From: Candidatus Latescibacterota bacterium
GTDB taxonomy: Bacteria > Latescibacterota > UBA2968
Assembly: GCA_965116885.1 (NCBI GenBank)
Contig: OZ220741.1
Coordinates: 1,152,001-1,216,000 of the forward strand
DNA: 64,000 nt
Direction of reading: 5' to 3'
Below, piece after piece: positions 9,111-18,778 of the stretch; within the stretch, counting starts at the first letter, position 1; every line of letters begins with the position of its first letter. Position numbers and translations under genes: made by a program. The notes beneath the pieces were generated by a model. That model saw nothing but the letters and a program-made list of their open reading frames with translations. It searched no databases and was not told the DNA's origin.

Positions 9111-9647
9111 ATGGGTATAGATACTCTGAGATCGGCAATGCCCGACTATGCGCGGGACATTCGGTTGAACCTGGGATCGGTCATATCTGCGTCGCGTCTC
9201 GACCCGGCAATGGCCTGGGGATCGGCACTTACAGCAGCACTGGTGTCAAAAAATGCACAGGTGATTCAGAACATCACCGAAGACGCACAGGCTGTTATGG
9301 ACGAACAACACATAAAAGCCGTGAAATCTGCCGCCGCCATGATGAGCATGACCAATGTGTGGTATAAATTCACCGATCTCATTCGGGACAACGAAGTAAA
9401 AAAACAGCCTCCCAAATTGCGAATGAATGCCGTGCTGACCCACGGCGGTGTCGATCGCGCATTGTTCGAAGCGTGGAGCCTCTCGGCAAGTGTGGTAAAT
9501 GCGTGTGGTATCTGCGTCAACGCACACGCATCGCAATTGAACAAACTGGGCATTGACGCCCAACAAATCGCAGACATCGCCCGCATTGCCACCGTCATAA
9601 AATCAGTGGCTGATACGCTATCCTTTGAGGCACTATCCAATGGTTAA
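9111..9647 (+). CDS. ahpD: Alkyl hydroperoxide reductase AhpD / carboxymuconolactone decarboxylase family
   Basis: PDYARDIRLNL, MSMTNVWY, LRMN, FEAWSL..S.VNACGICVNAH (CxxC). Confidence 0.85.
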   Translation: MGIDTLRSAMPDYARDIRLNLGSVISASRLDPAMAWGSALTAALVSKNAQVIQNITEDAQAVMDEQHIKAVKSAAAMMSMTNVWYKFTDLIRDNEVKKQPPKLRMNAVLTHGGVDRALFEAWSLSASVVNACGICVNAHASQLNKLGIDAQQIADIARIATVIKSVADTLSFEALSNG

Positions 9648-9649
9648 AT

Positions 9650-10894
9650 ATGTCTATACAAAAACGCGCAAAATACGGTGCCGAAGCATTTGATGGACTC
9701 GCGGGCAGCTTGCCCCAACCCTTTCCGCGCACCATGGGTCCAAACTGTCAGACATACCTTCAGGAAGTCGTAACATCGGGCCTGCAATGCGACATGGTTC
9801 GGCGATTTGAAGCCGCTTTCGAAAGCGAAATGGGCATCAAACACTGCATCGGCACGCCCGGATGCACCGCAGCACTCAACATCCTCGCAGCCGCGCTCAG
9901 TCTCGAACCCGGCGATGAAATCATCGTATCGCCCATCACCGACTACGGCACGGTCATGGGCCTGTTAAAAGAAAACTACATCCCGGTCTTCCCCGACACC
10001 GAACCCGGCACACCGCTCATCAGCGCCCAAACCATCGCACCGTGTATCACCAACCGCACGCGAGCCATCCTCGCCGTCCACATAACCGGCCTCATCTGCG
10101 ACATGGACCCCATCCACGCCCTGGGGAAAAAACACGGCCTGACCGTCATTGAAGACGTATGCCAGGCCGTATTTGGCACGTACAAAGGCCGCCTTGCGGG
10201 CACCCTCGGCGATGTCGCCGCCTTCTCATTCGACTCCGAAAAAACACTCGGCTCTGACGTTGGCGGCTGTGTCATTACCGACGACGATGAACTCGCCGAA
10301 CAAATTCGGTTCGTCGGTCAAAGCAGAGGCGGACAAATGGTTGAAGGACTGGGGCGCGTCCACGCCGTAAATGGATACGCCCTCCGCATGACCCAATCGA
10401 CCGCAGCCATCACCCTTGCACAACTCGAAATCATCCGCCCGACCATTGCGCATATCGACCGCATGATTCGCCTCATCACCGACAAACTCGCCGAAATTCC
10501 CGGCATCATCCCACTATCCATACCAGATTACATGGAAACCTATTCCTGCTGGATGGCCGGATTCAGCATCGACCCCAATGCCTTTACATGCGACGCCGAA
10601 TCCTTTGCACAGCAAGTCGCCGAAGCGGGACTCACTGGAGCGGGACTCGGCAAATACTACCTCATGCCCGCCGCACTGCCCTTTTTAACGGACAAAGCCG
10701 AAAAACACCTCTATCCCTTCTCCATACCCCCGGCCTCCCACACCTACACATACAACGCAAACACCTGTCCCAATGCCCGGGACTTTCTCGACAATTTCAT
10801 CCGCTGGACCACCATCTGCGAAAAATACCAACCCCAACACTGCGACCTCGTCGCCCAAATAGTCGCCACCGTCGCCGACCAGAACCGAGTTTAA
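9650..10894 (+). CDS. DegT/DnrJ/EryC1/StrS PLP-dependent aminotransferase
   Basis: GCTAAL, PGDEII, VIEDVCQA, FSFDSEK (PLP lysine). Confidence 0.85.
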   Translation: MSIQKRAKYGAEAFDGLAGSLPQPFPRTMGPNCQTYLQEVVTSGLQCDMVRRFEAAFESEMGIKHCIGTPGCTAALNILAAALSLEPGDEIIVSPITDYGTVMGLLKENYIPVFPDTEPGTPLISAQTIAPCITNRTRAILAVHITGLICDMDPIHALGKKHGLTVIEDVCQAVFGTYKGRLAGTLGDVAAFSFDSEKTLGSDVGGCVITDDDELAEQIRFVGQSRGGQMVEGLGRVHAVNGYALRMTQSTAAITLAQLEIIRPTIAHIDRMIRLITDKLAEIPGIIPLSIPDYMETYSCWMAGFSIDPNAFTCDAESFAQQVAEAGLTGAGLGKYYLMPAALPFLTDKAEKHLYPFSIPPASHTYTYNANTCPNARDFLDNFIRWTTICEKYQPQHCDLVAQIVATVADQNRV

Positions 10895-10900
10895 TACACA

Positions 10901-11659
10901 ATGCCACACACCTGTTCTCTAAACACCCGGTATTATCGCGCCCTGCCCATCGACGCACCCGGTTACGAGTCCATCAGCCTCGAATTACCCATTGCAAAAA
11001 CCGCCCTGATCGGCCTGCACTGCTGGAACATCGGCTGTCCAGATGGTCCGGCAATCGCCCCCAACTACTGCGTGGGCATGGGCTGGCCGCAAGCAACCGC
11101 CGAGGCTGCGCGCATCATGGCCGAAGTCATACGCCCCGCCATGGACCTCGCCCGCAAAATCGGAATGCCCGTCTGCCATGTCGAAACCGATTGGATGGCG
11201 GATCAGTATCCCCACATCCCCTCCCGCCGCAAAGAAACAGCACAACCAGAACCCGCAAACCGCGCACAAACCATGCGAAACCGCGCGCACGGCCCGAACT
11301 ACCTCACAAAATCGCCGCTTGCAAACATGAAACGGGCCGCCATCGTCTCCCCAATACAAGACGAACCCCTCGTCTTTTACACCGACGCACTCGACACCTA
11401 CCTCAAAACGCGCGACATCACAACCCTCATCTACACGGGATTTGCAACCGACATGTGCATCCTCGGTGCCGAAGGCGGAGCCAGAGACATGCTCGCCCGC
11501 GGTTATCAATGCATCCTCATACGCGACGGAACCGTCGGCGTGGAAACCCCCAGCACCTTTCCCGAAAAATTGGCTACCCGTTACGGCACGCACATCTTCG
11601 AGTGGCAACTGGGATACAGCACCACCTTTCGAGATTTCATCCAAGCGTTTTCAGCCTGA
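10901..11659 (+). CDS. Isochorismatase-family cysteine hydrolase
   Basis: LIYTGFATDMCI catalytic motif; ARGY..ILIRDGT. Confidence 0.75.
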   Translation: MPHTCSLNTRYYRALPIDAPGYESISLELPIAKTALIGLHCWNIGCPDGPAIAPNYCVGMGWPQATAEAARIMAEVIRPAMDLARKIGMPVCHVETDWMADQYPHIPSRRKETAQPEPANRAQTMRNRAHGPNYLTKSPLANMKRAAIVSPIQDEPLVFYTDALDTYLKTRDITTLIYTGFATDMCILGAEGGARDMLARGYQCILIRDGTVGVETPSTFPEKLATRYGTHIFEWQLGYSTTFRDFIQAFSA

Positions 11660-11673
11660 CACTGGAGAGAAAC

Positions 11674-12693
11674 ATGGCCCTCACAATATGTCCGTGGAAA
11701 TACAACAAAACCTGGGTCTATTCCATCACATACGACGAAGCCCTTGTTGACCTGCACCAATTCGCAATCCCCATCCACGAAGAACACGGCATCCCGGGAC
11801 ATGTAGAAGTCGTCGTCGGACAACTGGGCGAAACGCGCAATCTCGGCAACTCCAGCTACAATGGCTATCGCCACATGAACGCCGACGAACTCAAAGACCT
11901 CCTCGCCCGGGGCTGGGGGATTGGCAATCACTCCTGGAGCCATGAACTCATACAGCCCGACATGGTTGACCTGGAAATTGGCCGCGCAAAAGACGTACTC
12001 GAAGCCGCCATTGACGCACCCGTCGATCTCTACTGCGCCCCCGGCAACAATTCCAACATGTCAGACCACGTCCTCAAAGCCTGCCGCAAATACGGCTACC
12101 TCGGCGCCATGAGCCTGACCGACGCCCTCAACCGCCCAAACACCCCGCTCTTCTGGATCAACCGCACGGCATTGCACGAACAGTATTACGCGCCATTCTT
12201 CAGCGAATACGACCCATTCCGCAACATCCGCCATGCACAAGCGCAAAACGGCTGGATCATCGATTACTGCCATTGCCCATTGGAAAAACCCATCCACCCC
12301 AACAAAGACTGCTCGCATCCACAACTCAGAAAAAGATTTGAAACCATCCTCGCAGAAGGCGGAGACAAAGTCTGGTGTGCCGTACCCGAAGAAGTGCTCT
12401 TCTACCACCAGACCAGACGCCACACACAAATCGAAACCATCTCCGACACAAAAATCCAAAAGCGCTACCGCCTCCACCTCAACAACCTGAGCGACCGCGT
12501 CACCTGCCGCACGCTCACCCTCCACGCCGACGTACCCGCCCCCTATTGTCGCCATCCCAACGTATGGATCAACGGACAATCCCACCCCGCACATCTGATA
12601 GAACCGAGAAAATTGCAAATCACGATCACTGTTACAGACGGCATGGAACTCGTATTTCAAGACCCGGGCGCAATTAGTCAAGCCTCACCCTGA
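11674..12693 (+). CDS. Polysaccharide deacetylase (NodB-like) family protein
   Basis: SITYDE, MNADELKDLLARGWGIGNHSWSH; start at ATG 11674 behind GGAGAG. Confidence 0.8.
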   Translation: MALTICPWKYNKTWVYSITYDEALVDLHQFAIPIHEEHGIPGHVEVVVGQLGETRNLGNSSYNGYRHMNADELKDLLARGWGIGNHSWSHELIQPDMVDLEIGRAKDVLEAAIDAPVDLYCAPGNNSNMSDHVLKACRKYGYLGAMSLTDALNRPNTPLFWINRTALHEQYYAPFFSEYDPFRNIRHAQAQNGWIIDYCHCPLEKPIHPNKDCSHPQLRKRFETILAEGGDKVWCAVPEEVLFYHQTRRHTQIETISDTKIQKRYRLHLNNLSDRVTCRTLTLHADVPAPYCRHPNVWINGQSHPAHLIEPRKLQITITVTDGMELVFQDPGAISQASP

Positions 12694-13531
12694 CCCCTCT
12701 CTCCCGAAGCACCGGAACATGCTTGTTCAGCGATGTCTCGCTCAGAGGATTATCCCTCAAATCGATCAAACTGTTTTCGCCACGCAACTCAGCATTCTCC
12801 ACCAGAGGCGATAAATCCGAAACATCGCAATCCCAACCATGCACCCTTCGCAGCCTGGGCAAACCCGACAGAGGCGAAAGATCCGAGATCGCATTGTTAT
12901 TCAGAGCCAATCCCCCCAACTCGGTCAAACCCGACAGCGGAGAAATATCCCAGATCAGATTATTACTCACATCCAGCCACCTCAACGCGGTCATATCCGA
13001 CAGAGGCGAGAGATCCGAAACATCGTTGGTATAGAGATGCAGCGTTCTCATCCTGGTCAAACCCGACAGCGGTGAAAGATCCGAAATATAGGAATTCCCA
13101 CTAATATCCAGTACTCTCAGTTCTGTCAAATTCGACAGCGGCGATATATCAGCTATTGTATTGCGAAAAAGGTTCAACTCCGTCAGCTTGATCAAACCCG
13201 ACAACGGAGAGAGATCCGAAATACCATTGCTATTGACGCGACCGCCATTCGTCAATACATAGCCGAGATTCAGCACCGTCAGTTCGGTAGCGTATTCAAT
13301 CCCCGTCAAATCGCGAACCCTTGAATTCGGTGCTTCAAGGCGCGTCAACGTCGCCATCTCAGCCGCAGTAATCGCCTCACCCCTCGCCTTATTCAGAGAA
13401 TCCTCAATCACCGCGCGCAGGTAGATATCCGGAATCGTTATACCCTCACCCTTCTTATGAGCACCTGCGTCGCATTCACCATAAATGACGAGACAGACAC
13501 CGAGAATAATCAAGAGATACCGGTAGATCAT
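12674..13531 (-). CDS. Exported internalin-like leucine-rich repeat protein
   Basis: Signal-like N-terminus, IPD..LRAVIE cap, about 7 repeats of N.ISDLSPLSGLT.L..L.L; GGAGGA RBS. Confidence 0.9.
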   Translation of the reverse strand: MIYRYLLIILGVCLVIYGECDAGAHKKGEGITIPDIYLRAVIEDSLNKARGEAITAAEMATLTRLEAPNSRVRDLTGIEYATELTVLNLGYVLTNGGRVNSNGISDLSPLSGLIKLTELNLFRNTIADISPLSNLTELRVLDISGNSYISDLSPLSGLTRMRTLHLYTNDVSDLSPLSDMTALRWLDVSNNLIWDISPLSGLTELGGLALNNNAISDLSPLSGLPRLRRVHGWDCDVSDLSPLVENAELRGENSLIDLRDNPLSETSLNKHVPVLRERGVRVRLD

Positions 13532-13553
13532 GGAAACAGTCCTCCAATAAGCG

Positions 13554-15383
13554 TCATATAACCCCATACAACGGCCCGCCCGACGCCCCGAGTGCCTCTA
13601 CCTTTTTTGTAATATTGGGATCTTCAACAAGCGGGGGCGCGTGGTGGGGCTTGTGGCGCGCATCAACAATCAGCGACCCGTTACAGCCCCAGTGTTTGTA
13701 TTCAATAAAGCTATCAACACCGTAAATATCATGCGAGGGATTGGAACGCGTAAACGCAACCCAGAGAAAATTATTGAGCGTGCGCGAACTAAACGCGCTG
13801 TCATCGACAATAAGGACAAGCGGCAACCCATCAAGGGACTGAGACACGAGCGCCTCGGCAAGACGAACTGCATCCTTACCCCCCTGATCGGCGTCTTTGA
13901 AATCGGGACCCTCAATAGCTGCGATACCGGGCAGGGCAATCGCGGGATTCTTAAAACCATCAGGCAGAGCCAGATCGCCCGGAATCTCGCGCCACAAATC
14001 GCGTCTCTTCGCACCGGCTGCGGCGATCACGACCTTGGAACCCTCATTAAATCCCGTACCCGAATAATCCAACGTATCAATCGTCGTACGGGTTTGAAAG
14101 TGGAGATCGCGCCGCCAATCCACCCGTTCGAGAACGTGTATAAAATAAGCGCCGATATCGTGCGTATTCAGATGGGGATTATCTTCCCCCGCACAAATAA
14201 AAAGGTATTTCGCCAAAGAGCACGCGCCAAAACCGAGCAATGCATTGGCCAGCGTGAGAATCTCCTGCGGCTGTCGCTCGCGGTAGGGCACATAGCGTTC
14301 CGAACCAATGGCAATGAGCAAAGGGTGAACACCCGCCGCATCCACAGCATTAATAGACTTAAGACCGGGAATCTCAACGGGAACCATCGGACCAGTAATC
14401 TCGTGAATAAGCAAACCAAATGCCGTATCTTCCTGCGGGGGACGACCCACAACAGTAAAGGGATAAATAGCGTCTCTCCTGTGCCAAACATCTTCCACCT
14501 GGAGAACGGGAAACTCATGCGCCAGACTATAATACCCCAGATGATCGCCAAACGGACCCTCGGGTTTGGTCTCTCCTGGATGCACGGTACCCGTGATAAC
14601 AAAATCTGCCTCAGTAGAAATGACGTGGGCATTCCTGCGGGCATAGCGAAACCGGCGCCCGGCCAGACCCCCGGCAAAAATAATTTCGGACAAACCCTCG
14701 GGCAAAGGCATAACAGCAGAAAACGTATGCGCGGGCGGTCCCCCGATAAAAATACTCACGCGCAAAGGCTCCCCGCGCTTGAGCGCATTCGCATGGTGAA
14801 TCCCAATATCGCGACGGATCTGGTAGTGCAGACCAACCTCTTCGTTCTGCATATACTCATTACCCGAAAGCTGGATGCGATACATCCCCAAATTGGCATT
14901 CATAACACCCGGCTGATCGGGATCCTCTGTATAAACCTGGGGCAAAAGAACAAACGGACCGCCATCGTCGGGCCAGCATTGAATCTGAGGAAGCTGATCA
15001 ATAGTCGTACTGTTTTTGAACACCGCGCCAAAACGCACCTTTCTCGGCAACGTATTAAATGCAATCCTCGCAATCCCCATTGCGCGCCAGGGCGCGCGAA
15101 GAAACGCAACCGGATCTGCTTTGGCTTCGACAAGGCGTTGTACCCATCTCAGAGTTGACCGAAACAGAAAACGCGAGCGATCGAGCGTGCCAAAAAGATT
15201 GGAAACCGCCGGAAACGGACTATCTTTCACATTCGCATAATAAACAGCCGGACCATTAGCCTGAAAGACGCGGCGATGGATCTCCGCCATCTCCAGATAG
15301 GGATCCACCTCCTGGTCAATGCGGATGAGATGACCATTGCGATCGAGATCGTCAACGCACTGTTTGAGGGACTTGTATCGCAT
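13554..15383 (-). CDS. UbiD-family (prFMN-dependent) decarboxylase
   Basis: NLGMYRIQ, EGPFGDHLGYY, VVGRPPQED, DTLDYSG. Confidence 0.9.
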   Translation of the reverse strand: MRYKSLKQCVDDLDRNGHLIRIDQEVDPYLEMAEIHRRVFQANGPAVYYANVKDSPFPAVSNLFGTLDRSRFLFRSTLRWVQRLVEAKADPVAFLRAPWRAMGIARIAFNTLPRKVRFGAVFKNSTTIDQLPQIQCWPDDGGPFVLLPQVYTEDPDQPGVMNANLGMYRIQLSGNEYMQNEEVGLHYQIRRDIGIHHANALKRGEPLRVSIFIGGPPAHTFSAVMPLPEGLSEIIFAGGLAGRRFRYARRNAHVISTEADFVITGTVHPGETKPEGPFGDHLGYYSLAHEFPVLQVEDVWHRRDAIYPFTVVGRPPQEDTAFGLLIHEITGPMVPVEIPGLKSINAVDAAGVHPLLIAIGSERYVPYRERQPQEILTLANALLGFGACSLAKYLFICAGEDNPHLNTHDIGAYFIHVLERVDWRRDLHFQTRTTIDTLDYSGTGFNEGSKVVIAAAGAKRRDLWREIPGDLALPDGFKNPAIALPGIAAIEGPDFKDADQGGKDAVRLAEALVSQSLDGLPLVLIVDDSAFSSRTLNNFLWVAFTRSNPSHDIYGVDSFIEYKHWGCNGSLIVDARHKPHHAPPLVEDPNITKKVEALGASGGPLYGVI

Positions 15384-15490
15384 TGTGTTATACTATTGTT
15401 TGAGATTGGAGTTGTAACGTGTAATATAGTGTACTGAATACCTCATTGAGAGACAAATCTTAAATTAGACTAAGGAGGAAGACTTCATAG

Positions 15491-15574
15491 GACCTACCCC
15501 CTAACCCCCTTCCTAAGAGGAAGGGGGAACCAAGTCTCCCCTCCCCGTATCGGGGAGGGGCCGGGGGAGGGGTC
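15491..15574. repeat. GACC...GGTC palindromic REP/MITE-like element (family 2)
   Basis: Internal hairpins CCCCCTTCC-TAAGA-GGAAGGGGG and CCCCTCCCCG-TAT-CGGGGAGGGG; related copy at 39756-39886. Confidence 0.75.
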
Positions 15575-15605
15575 AGAATTAATTTTAAAATTAATGTAAG
15601 GAGGG

Positions 15606-16598
15606 ATGTTAATGACATCATTTCGAGCACTCGTCGTACGCGAAGCAGAGGATCAATTCTTAAGATACGTAGAAAAACGACAGATAGATGAACTACCCGA
15701 AGGCGAAGTATTGATCCGCGTGCGCTACTCCTCGCTAAATTACAAAGACGCCCTATCCGCAACCGGGCACCGCGGCGTAACGCAGGCGTATCCGCACACA
15801 CCGGGCATAGACGCAGCAGGAGAAATCGTCGAAAGCGCTGTCGCCGACTACAAACCTGGCGACAGCGTATTGGTCACGGGCTATGATCTGGGCATGAATA
15901 CCGCGGGTGGATTTGGACAATACATCAGAGTACCCGCGCATTGGCTGGTCAGACTCCCCGAAGGATTGGCCCTGAAAGAAAGCATGGGATATGGAACAGC
16001 GGGATTTACAGCAGCACTATCAGTCCATCACATCATCGAAACAGGTATAAAGCCAGACCAGGGCGACATCGTAGTAACCGGCGCAACCGGCGGCGTGGGC
16101 AGTCTGGCAGTAGCGATATTAGCCAAAAACGGATTTCGAGTCGTAGCAGCCACGGGAAAAGCATCAGAAACGGATTTCCTGAAAGAACTCGGCGCTTATG
16201 AAGTCATAGACCGGCGCACATTGGACGACGAGTCCGGACGGCCCATCCTATCGGGCCGCTGGGCAGCGGCAATAGACACCGTTGGCGGAAACATCCTGTC
16301 AACACTCATCAAAACAACGCAATATCACGGTGTAATAACCTGTTGTGGCCTGGTCGCATCCCCCGAACTACACACCACAGTATATCCATTTATCCTCCGC
16401 GGCGTCAAACTAATCGGCATCGACTCCGTCCTATGCCCCACGGACCTCAGACTAAAAATCTGGCAACGTCTCGCCACAGATTGGAAAATCAACACCCTGA
16501 ACAACATAATCGCAGAATGCGACTTGTCAGACCTGAATGCCCAAATAGACCGCATCCTATCCGGACAAATGCGCGGACGGATCGTGGTCGGCCTATAA
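15606..16598 (+). CDS. YhdH/YhfP (AcuI-like) NADPH quinone oxidoreductase / acryloyl-CoA reductase family
   Basis: YSSLNYKDAL, GTAGFTAAL, VTGATGGVGS, PFILRGV.LIGIDSV. Confidence 0.9.
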   Translation: MLMTSFRALVVREAEDQFLRYVEKRQIDELPEGEVLIRVRYSSLNYKDALSATGHRGVTQAYPHTPGIDAAGEIVESAVADYKPGDSVLVTGYDLGMNTAGGFGQYIRVPAHWLVRLPEGLALKESMGYGTAGFTAALSVHHIIETGIKPDQGDIVVTGATGGVGSLAVAILAKNGFRVVAATGKASETDFLKELGAYEVIDRRTLDDESGRPILSGRWAAAIDTVGGNILSTLIKTTQYHGVITCCGLVASPELHTTVYPFILRGVKLIGIDSVLCPTDLRLKIWQRLATDWKINTLNNIIAECDLSDLNAQIDRILSGQMRGRIVVGL

Positions 16599-17342
16599 AT
16601 TCTCAGTCACAATCCCCCGACTCCTCTTCAGCGCGTCGAGAGGATCTGGAATATCCGACTTCAGCTCCAGACTCATATTCCCGGTATAATTGACCGAAAG
16701 AAGCGCGGCGAATGTAGATTGCAGCACCTCTCGCGTCAGCACCCCATCGCACAGACCCAGGTGCAGATCCTCCTCCCCATCATTGTCATCGAGATGAACA
16801 TAACCCAGACGGTCCCCTGCCAGCGCGATCATATCCGCGGGATCTTCATTCGCCATCTGTGCGTGCCCAATATCAAAAAGCAGATACAGATTGGAATGAC
16901 CAATCTCCTCGAGATAATCGAGCGTAAACGGCACCGTCGGCAAAAACGTACCCGGAAAGTGTTCAACAGCGAGCTTGACCCCCGCATCTTGCGCCTGATC
17001 AGCCAACACACTCAAAGACTCGGCAAACAGGTCGGCATCATCGCCCTGGGGCACCAGGTATGCCGTCGTTGCGCCGAGCCGAGCGCCGTGTTCAAATGCC
17101 CGATTTATATGATCGCGTGCAGATTGTAAATTATCCCCTGCAAGGGACACCCCCTCGGGCATATCGGCAGAAGCGGCAATACACGAAACCGAGAGACCGA
17201 GATCCTTTGCCCGTTGTTGAAGATCGGAGGTCTGAAGCCAACCCGGACGAATATCAATATGCGTAAACCCCGCATCGGCAACTTTCTCCAACGCGATCTC
17301 CTCGGCACAGGTCAGTGCCCATATACATGCAGCGAGCGACAT
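16593..17342 (-). CDS. Sugar phosphate isomerase/epimerase (xylose isomerase-like TIM barrel)
   Basis: LAVEH, FDIGH, VHLDDN, SLE metal ligands. Confidence 0.85.
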   Translation of the reverse strand: MSLAACIWALTCAEEIALEKVADAGFTHIDIRPGWLQTSDLQQRAKDLGLSVSCIAASADMPEGVSLAGDNLQSARDHINRAFEHGARLGATTAYLVPQGDDADLFAESLSVLADQAQDAGVKLAVEHFPGTFLPTVPFTLDYLEEIGHSNLYLLFDIGHAQMANEDPADMIALAGDRLGYVHLDDNDGEEDLHLGLCDGVLTREVLQSTFAALLSVNYTGNMSLELKSDIPDPLDALKRSRGIVTENL

Positions 17343-17371
17343 GGTGGACTCCTTTTAAAAAAATAAATATC

Positions 17372-17402
17372 AAACCCCAGGCGAAAATCGTCTGGGGTTT
17401 TT
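17372..17402. terminator. Hairpin terminator
   Basis: AAACCCCAGGCGA-AAA-TCGTCTGGGGTTT with A/T-rich flanks. Confidence 0.6.
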
Positions 17403-17430
17403 GCGTGTAATAAATGGGAGCGTCGAACGG

Positions 17431-17811
17431 TTAATTATCGGCGGTTTCGGCCACAGAGACACTCTTTGGTTTGCGGCGCATCTGTGCGTAGGTTTCTGCC
17501 AGAAGATCGCGCAATTCCTCGGCAATCTCTGGATGAGGATCGCCAGCGAGGGCTTTGCTCGCCAACTTCTCGGCCCGACGAAACTGATTGCTATTAAACG
17601 CCATCCATCCGGCACTGCGGTGTAGCACAGACCAGGTTGGCTCGGCTTGGTCGCCGCACTCATCCAATTCCCTAATGGCAGCAAGCTCCAATTCCAACGC
17701 TTCGGCATAAAGCTGGATAGCCTTTTCCTCATGGCCGCGTGTTCGTTCCAGAATAGCTGTTTCCACGAGATCCATGGCCTGATTGTGAGGGTTGGGCGTG
17801 GTGGCACTCAT
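17431..17811 (-). CDS. Hypothetical helical (TPR-like) protein
   Basis: HNQAMDL, EPTWSVLHRSAG, EIAEELRDLL; helical pattern. Confidence 0.65.
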   Translation of the reverse strand: MSATTPNPHNQAMDLVETAILERTRGHEEKAIQLYAEALELELAAIRELDECGDQAEPTWSVLHRSAGWMAFNSNQFRRAEKLASKALAGDPHPEIAEELRDLLAETYAQMRRKPKSVSVAETADN

Positions 17812-17927
17812 TTTTCATTTACCTCGGCAAGTGGGCGGCTAAACTCGACTACGACGACATAAGCGGGCAACTGACTATCCATAAAATTAACTTGATCTAT
17901 TTTCTCGCGCAACCGTCTTATGTACCG
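17808..17927 (-). pseudogene. 3' remnant of the gene normally coupled upstream of the TPR-like gene
   Basis: Reads RYIRRLREKIDQVNFMDSQLPAYVVVVEFSRPLAEVNEK*, ends in an ATGA overlap with 17811, has no 5' part. Confidence 0.5.
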
Positions 17928-18623
17928 CTACCTCGCGCCTCCCAACCCCTGATTCTTTTCCCTCAGCGACCAGGACTTATCCGGATTGTCATATAACCAT
18001 TCTTCCATATTCTCTTTAATCCGGGACCATTCCGTATCCAGCATAGCAAACCATGTCGTATCCCGGTTGCGGTCTTTCACAATCATATGCTGGCGAAACA
18101 ATCCTTCATAAGTGAACCCCAGGCGGAGCGCGGCAGACCGCGAGCGTTCATTGAGCGCATCGCACTTCCATTCCACGCGGCGATAAGCCATACAATCAAA
18201 CGCCTCGCAAAGCATGAGATACGCCGCCTCGGTATTCGCACACGTATTTTGTGCCTCCGGACCATACCAGATATTCCCAAGCTCCAACCGCCGCGCATCG
18301 GACGCAATATTCAAAAAACTCACCATCCCAACAGGCCGATCAGATACTCTATCCCGAACACTAAAAAAGAGCGGATCCTCCGAATCTTCAATCCCCTCAA
18401 GCCACGCCTGCATGTCCGACACATCTTCAAAAGGCCCATACGCCATATACGTCCACAACTGCTCCACGAGTTCCGTCCCGTGCGAACAGGCGAACAACCC
18501 GGGCGCCTCCCTTTCGGGATCGAGAGGTGACAGCGCAATATACTCACCTTCATAAACCATTCGTCGCGGGGTATGCACTTCAGACACAGACGGCACAAAA
18601 TCGCCAACGGGAAGAGATGACAT
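17928..18623 (-). CDS. RimJ/RimL-family GNAT acetyltransferase
   Basis: LWTYM.YGPF, YRRVEWKCDALN.RS..AA.RLGF.YEG.FRQH, RNRDT.WF; GGAGG RBS before ATG 18623. Confidence 0.9.
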   Translation of the reverse strand: MSSLPVGDFVPSVSEVHTPRRMVYEGEYIALSPLDPEREAPGLFACSHGTELVEQLWTYMAYGPFEDVSDMQAWLEGIEDSEDPLFFSVRDRVSDRPVGMVSFLNIASDARRLELGNIWYGPEAQNTCANTEAAYLMLCEAFDCMAYRRVEWKCDALNERSRSAALRLGFTYEGLFRQHMIVKDRNRDTTWFAMLDTEWSRIKENMEEWLYDNPDKSWSLREKNQGLGGAR

Positions 18624-18728
18624 CTGTTTTGCCTCCATAAGCTATAGTTGATGTGATATTCTGACTTTTCTGCCTATTCTTTGACAAAATCGAAACATTC
18701 GAGGTTTCCCCAAAACATCGTCCCAGAG

Positions 18729-18759
18729 ACAAAAAAAGCCCGTCCAAAAGGACGGGCTT
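18729..18759 (-). terminator. Terminator after purA (also matches a repeated palindromic motif)
   Basis: Minus strand AAGCCCGTCC-TTTT-GGACGGGC followed by T7. Confidence 0.7.
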
Positions 18760-18778
18760 CTCAGATAAGGAATCACAC

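Noticed and set aside
10588..11673. N-terminal 362 aa of the 701-aa ORF
   Set aside because: Arg/His/Pro-rich off-frame read over the DegT and isochorismatase genes; the real deacetylase starts at 11674 with an RBS.
13641..15158. 505-aa plus-strand ORF and similar long antisense ORFs (e.g. 25316-26116, 34601-35560, 37855-38625)
   Set aside because: Shadow frames opposite well-supported genes; no motifs; explained by codon bias.
17928..17930. Pyrrolysine or programmed read-through at the GNAT TAG
   Set aside because: The GNAT domain is already complete, no pyl genes are seen, and TAG ends other genes here normally.
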